53,391 bases of DNA, taken from NCBI GenBank assembly GCA_020184695.1, contig JAANOX010000262.1:1-53391 (forward strand). Reading direction: 5' to 3'. Of this stretch, positions 43,241 to 53,391 are shown piece after piece (positions within the stretch are counted from its first letter, which is position 1; the number at the start of each line of letters is the position of its first letter). The notes under the pieces were generated by a model. The model ran no database searches and was not told where the DNA came from. It saw only the letters and a list, made by a program, of their open reading frames with translations. A program made the translations under genes and the position numbers. Origin of the DNA: Histomonas meleagridis 2922-C6/04-290x (taxonomy: Eukaryota; Protista; Parabasalia).

Positions 43241-43572
43241 ATTATATTTGTAAACTGTGCAATGAAAACATTTTACAGAAACACTTCAAGGAATCATCAC
43301 CCTCAATAACATAATTCATTTTATACGCATTTTGATTATATTTGTAAACTGTGCAATGAAAACATTTTACAGAAACACTTCAAGGAATCATCACCCTCAA
43401 TAACATAATTCATTTTATACGCATTTTGATTATATTTGTAAATTGTGCTATGAAAACTTTTTACAGAAACACTTCAAGGAATCACCGCCCTCTATAACAT
43501 AATTCATTTTATACGCATTATGATTATATTTGTAAATTGTGCAATGAAAACTTTTTACAGAATCACCGCCTC
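43241..43572. repeat. 94-bp non-coding tandem repeat, ~3.5 copies
   Basis: ATTATATTTGTAAA starts at 43241, 43335, 43429 and 43523; the last copy has an internal deletion. Confidence 0.95.
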
Positions 43573-43663
43573 ATAAATCGCCACATCTGCTTTTGATGAC
43601 ACACAATAATTTGTTTTCAAAAGTCACATACAAAACGTACTTTATTTCACACATATAAACATC

Positions 43664-46174
43664 TTATTTCCGATTTGAGCTTTCGAAAATTTCCTCCGCA
43701 ATTCTCTGCATCTTTGACACCAAAACCTTTTTTTCGTCGTCTGCCTTCTTCCTAAAGGACGATCTTAAGCATTGTATAATATCTTTTAGTTCATCCAATT
43801 TATCACTTTTACTTTTTATATCTTTTATTAACTCTTTTATATTATTTCTTATTACATCATTTTCATTTCTAATTTTTTCGTAATTATTTTCCAGTTCTTT
43901 TGGATCCGCATTATATTCATTAAACGCTTTAAATATTTCGTAATCAAGTTCGATCTCATTGTACATATCTTTCCACTCTTTGTTCTTCTTCTTCATTATT
44001 TCGATATCTTTTTGGATTTGGTTTATAAGTTTCACGTCGTTACATATCTTTTTGTTAAAGTTAAACAGTTTGTTTTGATGATGTTCGATTTTCTCTTTCA
44101 AATGTTTTATTTCTTTTTCATTACGTTCATATTGTAATTGTTGATTTATGTAATAAAAATGTGAAAATAAATTTTTGTGTCTTTCGTCTTTCTCAAAGTC
44201 ATTTAATACAGTTTCAAGATCTTCGATAAATAGTGTGGAGAGTGGCTTCGGTGGGCGCTGGATTTGATGTTTCAGTAATTCTTTGGCAAACTTTTTGGAT
44301 AATTGCAAATCGTCATTTTGACATCGACTTTCCCATTGATTGGTTATATTGATAATGCTTCTTTTTTGGTTGATTTGGGCGTTAATGTCGTCAAATGTGT
44401 ATTCTACGTTGGTATTATTCCGTGATGAGAGTTTCGATTTGATTTGTTTTAATGTATAATTGGCCTCTTCAAAGAGGATCTTTTGTGCGTTACCAAGGTC
44501 AATACCGCCATCAAATACAGAAATGATCTCTTTGGACATAGAATTGGGTAATTTGCCTTTCTTTAATCGATCAAGAATTGATCGGATCTTTTGGATCTCT
44601 TCTTGCTCATAGCGAATCCGTGATGAGTAAAAGCGAACCTTTTTAAGTGACTTATGATTTTCTTTCTTGTATTGAATGAATTTAGATGCAAGAGCATTAC
44701 TTCGATGTATTTCAGGTTGAACTTCATATGTGGGACTAAATGAAATTAGCCCAACTTTGGATGGAAATACTTCTTTAGTGGTATCATAAGCTCCTGATAA
44801 AAACCAGCTTTCTCCATCAAACCGCCAAATGTCATTCAATTTGTTGCCGTTGATGTCATAACCGCCGGCGATGTAAAGGTTTTCATTAAGAACATAAGAG
44901 AAATGGGAATGACGCGCAGATGGAGTTTCTCCTGAATATAGCTGCCAAACAGGATTAAGAGGTCCATTGATTGATGTATCAAGAATCCAAAAATCATCAA
45001 GTAATGATGAAGATTCTGAAATTCCACCAAATAAGTACATTTTACCACCAAACATAGTAAAGGTGTGTTTTGTCCTTGGAAGTGGATTCGGTCCTTTTGG
45101 AATAAACTCCCGGTATGAACAAAATCCTTTTGAATAGAATACAATAAGTAATCCCTTCATATAACTGTTAAATTTTAATCCTCCAAATGTATACAAATAT
45201 GAAATATTGTTTCGAGTTAAACAATCTGTTGCATGTCCTTTAAGAACTGGAAAATTTGTTCCTAATAATTGAGCATTTTCCCATTTTGGTATTGGACTAT
45301 GTGAAAAAACCCATAAATCAATGCCGTTTGTTGCCCCACTACCTCCAAGGATTCCAATTTTAGTATCTGATAAACAAAATATTGAATAATCTTTTCGCGA
45401 AGGAGGAGAAACATCAAAGTCAAATGTTTGATATTTCTTATGTCGATCATGCGCAAAAAATGTTAGTAGAAAATTTCCATAGTCAAAAAGAAAAATCGAA
45501 GTTTTGCCACAACAAATAAATGAGGAAAATTCACTGAGTGTGTTTGGAAATTCTTTTGGAACAAATTCAGTTTTTGTTTCTGTTTCTTCTTCTTCTTCGA
45601 TGTTATTTATTGGAAAACTTGCGTTAGACGAGTTTTCATCGAAATTAAATGTACTTTTTGCGTTTGTATTTTGCGAAATTTTAAAAATTGGAATTGAACT
45701 TGGCTCTTTGGATGATAAACCATCATAAAAAGAGAATGGATCATCATTATCAACCGTGTTAATATCTGTTGGTATCATTAATATGCCAGAAAGAAGATGT
45801 TGGGTGCCTGATAGAAGTGAATCTTGATTAGCATTTTCTTCTAGAGGTTCGGAATTATCATTTACTTCTTCCTGTGTATCGTTGTTTTGTGTGTTTTCAT
45901 CTTGTGATTGTAAATCTGAAACGATATCAATTGGTATTGTTGGGGCTATAATAACGGGCAAGATTTCAGGTAGCTCTTCTGTTTTTGGTGCTTCTTCGAC
46001 GTGCTTTTTTTCTTGTTGCATTTTATTGATTTGATCAAGTATATCATCCGATGAATCATCTTTTTCGATTTTTTCACTCTCACTATCTGAATAACTCCCT
46101 GACTCATCTGATGGAAGTGTATCACTTATTTCTTGAAGAAAATCTATTGCTTGCCCGAGTGGGGTTTTTGCCAT
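43664..46174 (-). CDS. Kelch-repeat protein with acidic N-terminus and C-terminal coiled coil
   Basis: Kelch motifs (GILGG, LYTFGG, KMYLFGG, LYIAGG, DIWRFD); start moved to MAKTP (46174). Confidence 0.85.
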   Translation of the reverse strand: MAKTPLGQAIDFLQEISDTLPSDESGSYSDSESEKIEKDDSSDDILDQINKMQQEKKHVEEAPKTEELPEILPVIIAPTIPIDIVSDLQSQDENTQNNDTQEEVNDNSEPLEENANQDSLLSGTQHLLSGILMIPTDINTVDNDDPFSFYDGLSSKEPSSIPIFKISQNTNAKSTFNFDENSSNASFPINNIEEEEETETKTEFVPKEFPNTLSEFSSFICCGKTSIFLFDYGNFLLTFFAHDRHKKYQTFDFDVSPPSRKDYSIFCLSDTKIGILGGSGATNGIDLWVFSHSPIPKWENAQLLGTNFPVLKGHATDCLTRNNISYLYTFGGLKFNSYMKGLLIVFYSKGFCSYREFIPKGPNPLPRTKHTFTMFGGKMYLFGGISESSSLLDDFWILDTSINGPLNPVWQLYSGETPSARHSHFSYVLNENLYIAGGYDINGNKLNDIWRFDGESWFLSGAYDTTKEVFPSKVGLISFSPTYEVQPEIHRSNALASKFIQYKKENHKSLKKVRFYSSRIRYEQEEIQKIRSILDRLKKGKLPNSMSKEIISVFDGGIDLGNAQKILFEEANYTLKQIKSKLSSRNNTNVEYTFDDINAQINQKRSIINITNQWESRCQNDDLQLSKKFAKELLKHQIQRPPKPLSTLFIEDLETVLNDFEKDERHKNLFSHFYYINQQLQYERNEKEIKHLKEKIEHHQNKLFNFNKKICNDVKLINQIQKDIEIMKKKNKEWKDMYNEIELDYEIFKAFNEYNADPKELENNYEKIRNENDVIRNNIKELIKDIKSKSDKLDELKDIIQCLRSSFRKKADDEKKVLVSKMQRIAEEIFESSNRK

Positions 46175-46777
46175 CGGGGTTATTTTGATTAACGGTCGCT
46201 GTAGATCACAAAAGAAAAAATGCAAAAAAATTCTCATTATTTTAGATTTGTGCATAAAAAAAAATATTTTTTCATAACACCTGAATTATAAATGATGATG
46301 TGACTTGAAATCATGTTTTTGTTATTGATCATTTGAAATGATCAAACTAATTTTGATAAATTGGCAAGAATAAAATTAATTCAGATTCATTTTGTATGGG
46401 CACAAGATGTTTCTATGTATCTTCTGGTATATAACATTCTCATTTATGAAATTTCTGAAAATTGATACTGAAATTATTATGAACCACTTCATTAAATTCA
46501 TACTTTCATCGGGTAAGGTAATGTTAAAGTGCTTACAGTATATATTAATGAATGAAGTTATTTTTGTATAAATCCAAAATAACGATTATTTAATCAATAG
46601 TCAAATTTTATTGAATGGTCATAAAAAAATGTCCAAACAATTTTGAGGACAACAGCAGATTTTTTTGAATGAGTTTTTGTTTTTAACCGTAATCTAACTT
46701 TTTTTATGAAGAAAATCTCTTTCTAAAATAGTTTAACCTTTATTTTATCTTTATTGAATCCTATTTTCTCTTTATAA

Positions 46778-47356
46778 TTAGAAAAAACATAGTGGATCAA
46801 AACTAGAAAAGGAATTATCAAAAGATTGATATTCAAATAATTGTTGATTTTGATTAAAAAGATCCATTTCTTGATTAGGAACCATATGATTCTGAACCGA
46901 ATTTTGTGAAATATTTGTACTTGAATTTGAGTTAAAATTAATTGTCTGAATTTGTGATTGATTTTGAATATTTTTCGATTGATAGTTTTGTTGAGGATTA
47001 TGCCTTTTTTTCTTTATATGTAAGTCACTGAACATTGCAAATCGTTGCATCCATCTTGTTTTAACTTGGATATCAGTTCTTCCATCAAAAAATTTTGCTA
47101 TTTTTGTCCATTTTGGACCTAATTCGGTCATCTTCTGATATAACAATTCATCTTCCTCATTTGTCCATGGTGCTTTTGGTCTTGAACCTGATAGATAATG
47201 TTTCCATCTTTCTCTACATTGCCTTTGATTTCGATTTTTCATATTCTTAGAAACTATATCCCATGATGAATCTCCATGAAGTGCTACCAGTTCCCTCAGT
47301 TTTTGGTCTTCCTCAGGAAGAAATTTTTCACGCTTTCTTTTTGTCCCTGTTGACAT
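46778..47356 (-). CDS. R2R3-type Myb DNA-binding protein
   Basis: KFLPEEDQKL...RNQRQCRERWKHYL; WTNEEDELL...LGPKWTKIAKFFDGRTDIQVKTRW. Confidence 0.93.
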   Translation of the reverse strand: MSTGTKRKREKFLPEEDQKLRELVALHGDSSWDIVSKNMKNRNQRQCRERWKHYLSGSRPKAPWTNEEDELLYQKMTELGPKWTKIAKFFDGRTDIQVKTRWMQRFAMFSDLHIKKKRHNPQQNYQSKNIQNQSQIQTINFNSNSSTNISQNSVQNHMVPNQEMDLFNQNQQLFEYQSFDNSFSSFDPLCFF

Positions 47357-48252
47357 TTATAAAATGATTTCCAAAATTTTATACCTGAAGAACTTGAATC
47401 TTTCAATTCAAAAAGCCCATACCACCAACTTTTTGATAACATTCATATCACATTTCTCAGTGTTGCAATCGCTTCTATTTTGTTGCCTCCTTTTTAAGAA
47501 ATTCATGTTTTTGAGGACATGTATGTGTTCAATTGAACAATTTCTCTGAATGCAATGTAATATGCCCTAAGGAAATAATAAATTCTTTTTATTTTTAAGA
47601 GTTTGTTGTTTATGGCAAAATGTTACAAAGTTTCAATTACTATTTAACTTTATTTAATCATTTTTTATTATAAAGATTATATCCTAAACAATATCAAATA
47701 GCTAACAAGCATCCATACTAAATAGATATTTATGTATATATGTGTATAATATCATCTCAAGGACATTCAGTCTATTTATTTATTTAGTTAGACAAGTTAT
47801 CTTTCATGATATTGATATAAAAGATCTGAAAATTCTTAATTCCATTGCAACATGTGATTAATATTCATCATCATAATAGTCCAGTTTCTAATTAATATAT
47901 GAAATCATAAAAATGAAAAGTATTTTTGATTTATGCAATCAAATATTCGGGTTTTTTGGATTTGGTTTTTCATATAATAAAAGAAAAAGAAGATGTAAAT
48001 TATTATCGTAAAACTATATAAAAATTTTTTTCGAAATTAAAAATACTCTTAAAAAAAGCTACAAAACTTTTAGATGATTAAATATATTTTTTTTTAGCAA
48101 AAAAGTCAATTTAATAAATGTCTTTTGTACATATCAAATAAAGAAATATATTTAAAGTTTCATTCAAATTTTTATACTAAACTCATTAAAACGATTTCTT
48201 AAATTTATTTATTTATTTATTACGCAAAAAATGGTTTTAATTAAAAATACTA

Positions 48253-50457
48253 CTAATCCTTCAGCGATTCAGGTAAACTATTCCATTCCTCCTCACTCAA
48301 AATGTTTTGCAGAAGCATTTTCTGTTGCCCGTACACTTGTGTAACAGTTGAATCTTTCGATTTATAAAAGAAGTCATAATAAAAGTATTTATAGAATGCG
48401 AAAGTTGTCAACAATTCTCTCGGGCAATAGCAAAGAAAGAAAGCGCCAACAATTGGCTCTTTTTGGTCGCCGCCGAACACTTCATTTGGAAATGCGTTCT
48501 TACAGTCAATAAACATATTATTTATTGCATATACTAATCGATCGCCAAATCCATACGCGTCACATCTTTGGAATGCATCGTCAATATAAAAATACGCGTT
48601 GTCATCATTCAAATAACTCTTAAGGAAATCGCGATGTTTGGCTTTCATTGAGCCTAATTGTTGTTCAATATAATAATCACTCGTTTTAGAGGAAATGGTT
48701 TCAAAGATTTTCTCATCAAGTCTCGTGAATTCTGGAAGTAAAGATTTAAATCGATCGTATGTAAAGTCGCGTGTAATATAGATGTGACATGCAATTTCAT
48801 AATATTTTATCCCGTCAATTCTGACGGGTTTGTCTGGAATAAGTTTTTTGTTGACGTCAGTTTTGTTAACTTCGGATTGACGTGGTACAAATTTGTTATT
48901 CTCATATACATATTTGGTGAGTGATTCATATTCGGATTTAAGTGCTTTAGGGGATTCGATAGCTTGCTCAAGTGTAATTTGTTGTCTGTTGTCATAATAT
49001 TTGTTGATAGTTTTGGTATAAAGTGTTATGTATGTGGTAAAATAAAGTCGTTCAACAACAGAATCAACTTGAATGTCTAATTTATCAAGCTGAGCCTTCA
49101 TGGGTGAAAACGCACTAAGTTTGATGAGTTCGGTTTTATCATCTTCTGCCATTTTGTCGAATACATCTTCAACCCATAACTCTGAGCGTGAATGGATGGA
49201 ATTGTAAATACGTTGGGCAGATGCAACCCTTGCTTTCTTGCTTTCAATTGGTCCTTTGTCGGCTAATAATTTGAGATATCTCAGAAGATCAACATTGTTT
49301 GTGGAAAGTGGAACAAAATCAATTTGTGATAAGAAGCCTTTGATTTCTTGGACAAGGTTTTGAGTAGAAGATGACCTTCGTAATGAATCTCTTAGAGGCG
49401 GAAGTTTTTTCTCCCAATAAACGGTTTGGAAACTTATTTCGCCTTTGTAATTAAACGGGCTCCTATAATTCAAAAGTGCCATTTTGTCATAATTTGACAA
49501 TACGGTCGGCTGGAAAAGTGACGGAACTTCGTCTCTATCGGCCCCACTGATGAAGTCGATATACGAATCTTCAATGTCACAAAAACATTGGCAAAGCTCA
49601 CCAATAAAGTCGTTATTAAATAAGGTATTAAGGAATCGATAAAAAGTAGGATTGGGAATTTGATAAGGTTCAACAAAACCAAGGACTTGAAGAAATGAAG
49701 CCCGACAACCAGATGGAAGAAGCGCATAATCAATTAATGACTCACGAAGACACCCACTCATGTCACCACTGTGCATCGCTTCGCCTAAAAGAACGTCTTT
49801 AATGTATAAAGGAAAAATATCGGCTCTACTTTTACAAAGATTTAAAATTGATGCTCGAAATTCAGTAATATCACCTTCGAATTTACCGGAAGATAAAACT
49901 GGAGAAAGAAATGGACAAAACGTGCTGTATATGTATAAAACAAATAGGGGCGAAAAGAATGCTGCTCGATAATAGAGAAATCTGATTTTTTGATTTTCTA
50001 TACTAAGAAAATAATTACAAAACCCTCTGTTGCCAAAGTTGGTCCAGAAATAGTTCACATATGATGGCAAAATGGAGAAAGTAAAAATATCTATACACTT
50101 TAATTGAACTGCTCCAAGAATATTGCAAATATTATCAACAGTAACTAAATCATGAGCTCTATCTTTGAATACATCTTCAACTGTGGCATTGGGGCTATTT
50201 TCTGCATTGAATAAAGATTCAATCGCATTTTCTGGTAATTCCGAGCTCTTGATAATAGCGCAATTAAGAAAATAAAGTAGGGTAAAGTATTTCTTTTGTG
50301 TTAAAATTTTGGAAATATTCTCTTCTTGAAGTTTTTTAAATTGGTCTTCACGAAACTTAGATTCAAAATCTCTCATGAACTCTTCAGAGTCAAGTCTTTT
50401 TTTAGTTGCTTGTAAGAGAGTTGATAATTTTCTTGTGTTGATTTTGGTTTTTTCCAT
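48253..50457 (-). CDS. Hypothetical protein; possible degenerate VPS9-like C-terminus
   Basis: Long intact ORF, start moved to MEKTK (50457). C-terminal FGGDQKEPIVGAFFLCYCPRELL loosely resembles the VPS9 GAD..LP motif; weak. Confidence 0.7.
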   Translation of the reverse strand: MEKTKINTRKLSTLLQATKKRLDSEEFMRDFESKFREDQFKKLQEENISKILTQKKYFTLLYFLNCAIIKSSELPENAIESLFNAENSPNATVEDVFKDRAHDLVTVDNICNILGAVQLKCIDIFTFSILPSYVNYFWTNFGNRGFCNYFLSIENQKIRFLYYRAAFFSPLFVLYIYSTFCPFLSPVLSSGKFEGDITEFRASILNLCKSRADIFPLYIKDVLLGEAMHSGDMSGCLRESLIDYALLPSGCRASFLQVLGFVEPYQIPNPTFYRFLNTLFNNDFIGELCQCFCDIEDSYIDFISGADRDEVPSLFQPTVLSNYDKMALLNYRSPFNYKGEISFQTVYWEKKLPPLRDSLRRSSSTQNLVQEIKGFLSQIDFVPLSTNNVDLLRYLKLLADKGPIESKKARVASAQRIYNSIHSRSELWVEDVFDKMAEDDKTELIKLSAFSPMKAQLDKLDIQVDSVVERLYFTTYITLYTKTINKYYDNRQQITLEQAIESPKALKSEYESLTKYVYENNKFVPRQSEVNKTDVNKKLIPDKPVRIDGIKYYEIACHIYITRDFTYDRFKSLLPEFTRLDEKIFETISSKTSDYYIEQQLGSMKAKHRDFLKSYLNDDNAYFYIDDAFQRCDAYGFGDRLVYAINNMFIDCKNAFPNEVFGGDQKEPIVGAFFLCYCPRELLTTFAFYKYFYYDFFYKSKDSTVTQVYGQQKMLLQNILSEEEWNSLPESLKD

Positions 50458-50694
50458 CTTGAGATTGAAGCAAGAGACCGTTAAATTCAACGCAAATTTT
50501 GAGAGTTTTTTCAATACTTTATACGATTAAGTCGCTTTCCTTCAAACAGTAAAAAAAATTGTTGATTTTGATTGACCAAGTTTGAATCCCTAATAAAATA
50601 ACATCTGTGTGAATTAAGAGCTTAAAGTACAAGAAAGAAGAATCTGAGTGAACATTTATGAGTAAAATTTAATATTACAAATGTTTACATTTTC

Positions 50695-51354
50695 CTATAT
50701 TAGTCCTTTTTTGAACTTAGATTCAACCAAATTATGTATGTCATCGTCGGAAAAAAGTTTTTTCATTCCTTCTCCAATTGTTGTACGGGCCCAAGAATAC
50801 AAACTTATAGCTTTTTGCTTGTCTTTTTGGAAAAGGGAATTAAAAGAAATTACATCGTTAAGCTTTTCAATAACCTTTTTTGCGAGATTGGTATAATAGG
50901 CTTCAATTGTTGACTCAATAGAAGTAGAAACAAATGCCTGGTGGTATTCAAGCATACCATTTATCAAAAGTGTGTTAGTTCTTGGATAATTTGAACACAT
51001 TAAATTCCATGGTTCACCACCTGTTTGATCACCAGAATTCCTGAAATCTGTTCGTAGCTGTACTGATGGAATATCAGCCATTTTAGCATATGCAAATTCC
51101 ATAACAGTGCCTGAATCAAGTTCAGGTGAATCAAAATTAAAAAGTCCTACATCACAATTAAAAAGTAAAAGAAGGTCTTGATCACGTATTTCTGGTCTAC
51201 GATTTGTGTTTGGCTCGCGATTTTGCGGTAGAAAGATTTTATACTTTTCTAATGACAACCTTTCAATGTAGCTTGCAAGCAGTGCATTTCCTGTTAGATC
51301 TTTATGACTAAACAATGCGCCAGCAAAGTATACTTTGTACTGGGTTTTCTCCAT
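50695..51354 (-). CDS. Nucleoside 2-deoxyribosyltransferase-family protein (bacterial type)
   Basis: VYFAGALF, IFLPQ, DVGLFNFD, DSGTVMEFAYA (catalytic Glu position retained), LRTDFR, PWNLM. Confidence 0.85.
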   Translation of the reverse strand: MEKTQYKVYFAGALFSHKDLTGNALLASYIERLSLEKYKIFLPQNREPNTNRRPEIRDQDLLLLFNCDVGLFNFDSPELDSGTVMEFAYAKMADIPSVQLRTDFRNSGDQTGGEPWNLMCSNYPRTNTLLINGMLEYHQAFVSTSIESTIEAYYTNLAKKVIEKLNDVISFNSLFQKDKQKAISLYSWARTTIGEGMKKLFSDDDIHNLVESKFKKGLI

Positions 51355-51872
51355 TCGTGATTAAGTAAACGTTCTCGATATGTTAAAAAAACGTTTTTTT
51401 TCAACATGGGAACGTTAATTTTTTGGGTGCCTGAAAAGTGGTTGTGACTTTTTTTACATGAGAACGTTTGTATTTTTGCACTAAAAAATTGGTTATTTTT
51501 TTTAGGCCAATTGGACCAATTTAATTAGCCACGACAGCAATAATATCATAAATAATATCTTTAAAAGGAAAGATATTTTCATTTTGTCAAAAATGCAAAA
51601 AGATAAACGTACTTGTCGCCCATTCTTTAATTGTTGTTATTAACAAAAAATTGAACAATTTATGTTGCGGATTATATTTTTCTATTTAATCAATTCAGGA
51701 TTTAAAAACAAAAAAAAACTTAGGCTTGTTAAGACTTAAAACAAAAACCATTCTAAAAATGATCATTGAATGACAATTCATTTTGTATAAAAATATAACA
51801 ACAAAACTATTTTAATTGAATATATGATGTATCAAAAAGTGGATATATTTGATTTAACGGTCTTCTTTTTCA

Positions 51873-52418
51873 ATGAACAAAGAAGAAGCTGCAAAGCTAT
51901 TTACAGACAGATTAGATACATATTATGAGGCAAACCTCGTTAACGTTGATACGCTCTGTTGGTTTGCTGATGATTTTGAACGCTTTAAACTACTCAAAGG
52001 AACTGAAACACGTGAAATTATTCAGCCTCCTCTCCCACTTTACTATCTTATTGATGCAATTTCAAAAGACTGTCATCAAGGTTATAGAATGCTTTTTGAG
52101 GAAAAGCTTTTGAAGCTTTTCCAATCCTCACTCCGATCTAAAGACGCTTTTTTAATTGGGAAATTGAGCAGTTTAGTTGATGTTTGGGATGAACAAAGAA
52201 GAGCCAATACAATATGTTCCGATAACACCACAGAATCAATCAGCAACATCGCGTCTCATGCGGAGGTACATTTGAAAATCGGGAAAGGGCTAAACAGGGA
52301 GAAGAATCTTCATCGGAGTTGTCTATATCCCCTGGGAAAGGTTAGTGCACATCAGAAGTGTTTGCAATATTTAAGAGGACAAAGAAATCTTTCATTGGTA
52401 AATAAATCATTAAATTAA
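51873..52418 (+). CDS. Short CTD-interacting-domain (CID, Pcf11-like) protein
   Basis: PLPLYYLIDAISK...YRMLFEEKLLKLF...KLSSLVDVWD resembles the Pcf11/Nrd1 CID; C-terminus short or degenerate. Confidence 0.5.
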   Translation: MNKEEAAKLFTDRLDTYYEANLVNVDTLCWFADDFERFKLLKGTETREIIQPPLPLYYLIDAISKDCHQGYRMLFEEKLLKLFQSSLRSKDAFLIGKLSSLVDVWDEQRRANTICSDNTTESISNIASHAEVHLKIGKGLNREKNLHRSCLYPLGKVSAHQKCLQYLRGQRNLSLVNKSLN

Positions 52419-52690
52419 ACGCATAATTTGCTAAATTAATTTTATTTAACGGTCGTTTAAATATGACTAACTTCAATCAAAATTATGTTTGTTCTTAAGG
52501 GGTTTTAATACTGAATATTATAAAAATACCTTTCTTTAGCTGGGTTCAAAATACAATGAACATATTCATTTTTATCTGGAAGACTAGATCAATATGTAAT
52601 CAGATATGTGCTAAGTTTTCGACAGTTTATCTTATGTAAAAACGAAAAACGGAAAATCCGTCATCACGAATCTGCATAAATAACATTTAT

Positions 52691-53391
52691 TTATGATTTT
52701 TTTTTGAAATGCATACAAATAGTGAAACCAACAACTGCAGTTATAGCAATTGATGATACAATAATTAACTTGTTTACGCCTTGTTTTTGGTCTTTAAGTG
52801 GTTCAACATCGCTTTATTTTCACTGCCATTTCTCGATGTCAGCTAATTTGATATCCTTTTTCACGCCACAACCAAACCAGTAACGCGTTGCCATTAAATG
52901 TAATGCAACAGAATCATTTACATTTTCTTCAATCGCTTTTTGGAGAAATTGAACAGCAAGTTGATCTCTTTTGCATTCAAATGGAATCCCGGAGAACTTG
53001 GAAAGGAGTTGCGCTTGAAGAGTAACGACATTTGGTATTGATGATTCAGATGCAAATTGAAGAATGTCAAATATGAATTTGTTTTCAAAACCTTGGTTAA
53101 TTAGGTATTTAGCATAATTAAATGAGGAAAGGGGATCATCGTAATCATCAATAGCAATTCGATAAAGAGAAATTATAGTGTTTTGATGAGATCATTTGAT
53201 TGGGATTTTCTTCTAGTTGACTAATAAGATAACGTAGCGCAGGTAGGAAATGATAGGAAGCAGATATGTTTAGAAATTGGTGTGATTCTCTTTTTGGTTC
53301 AATATTTGATTGCGAGGAGAAAGGCACTTTTGGATCGATATCATTGGAATCAGGATAAGGACCACAAACAGGAAACAGCCATTCCTCGTTG
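52691..53391 (-). pseudogene. SEL1-like, tail-anchored protein, frameshifted, 5' end outside the window
   Basis: Three frames: NEEWLFPVCG...; TIISLYRIAIDDYDDPLSSFNYAKYL...ALHLMATRYWFGCGVKKDIKLA; SDVEPLKDQKQGVNKLIIVSSIAITAVVGFTICMHFKKKS-TAA (52691). Absent from the ORF track. Confidence 0.65.

Overview
AT-rich, gene-dense eukaryotic DNA. The gene content points to a parabasalid protist, probably Tritrichomonas- or Histomonas-like (species not determinable here): BspA/TpLRR surface proteins with S/T/N/F-rich stalks, a DUF3447-type ankyrin gene, a TKL kinase with SEL1 repeats, Rab, R2R3-Myb, a legumain-like gene, and Inr- and Myb-type promoter elements. The most unusual feature is largely missed by the ORF track. 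The minus-strand ankyrin gene (21567-24217) continues past its apparent stop as nine ankyrin coding segments: eight of exactly 93 nt and open, then a terminal one. These are separated by nine AT-rich inserts at the same position in each repeat (43, 79, 77, 77, 77, 77, 78, 77, 77 nt). The inserts lack usable GT-AG ends but share a TGGAAWT-like motif about 20 nt before a terminal ATTT. This suggests a non-canonical intron or bypass class; no RNA evidence is available here. Second, a BspA locus (8.5-18.2 kb) holds three near-identical LRR modules in direct and inverted orientation, with mosaic sequence, swapped C-termini and no ATG at the signal peptide. Also present: two bacterial-type genes (DUF4838, nucleoside 2-deoxyribosyltransferase), a PqiA-like membrane protein with a large putative lipid-binding ectodomain, a legumain lacking its catalytic dyad, and two tandem arrays. 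Many frameshifted genes may be pseudogenes or uncorrected homopolymer errors. No rRNA, tRNA, CRISPR array or intact transposon was recognised. All family calls are by eye, not database searches.
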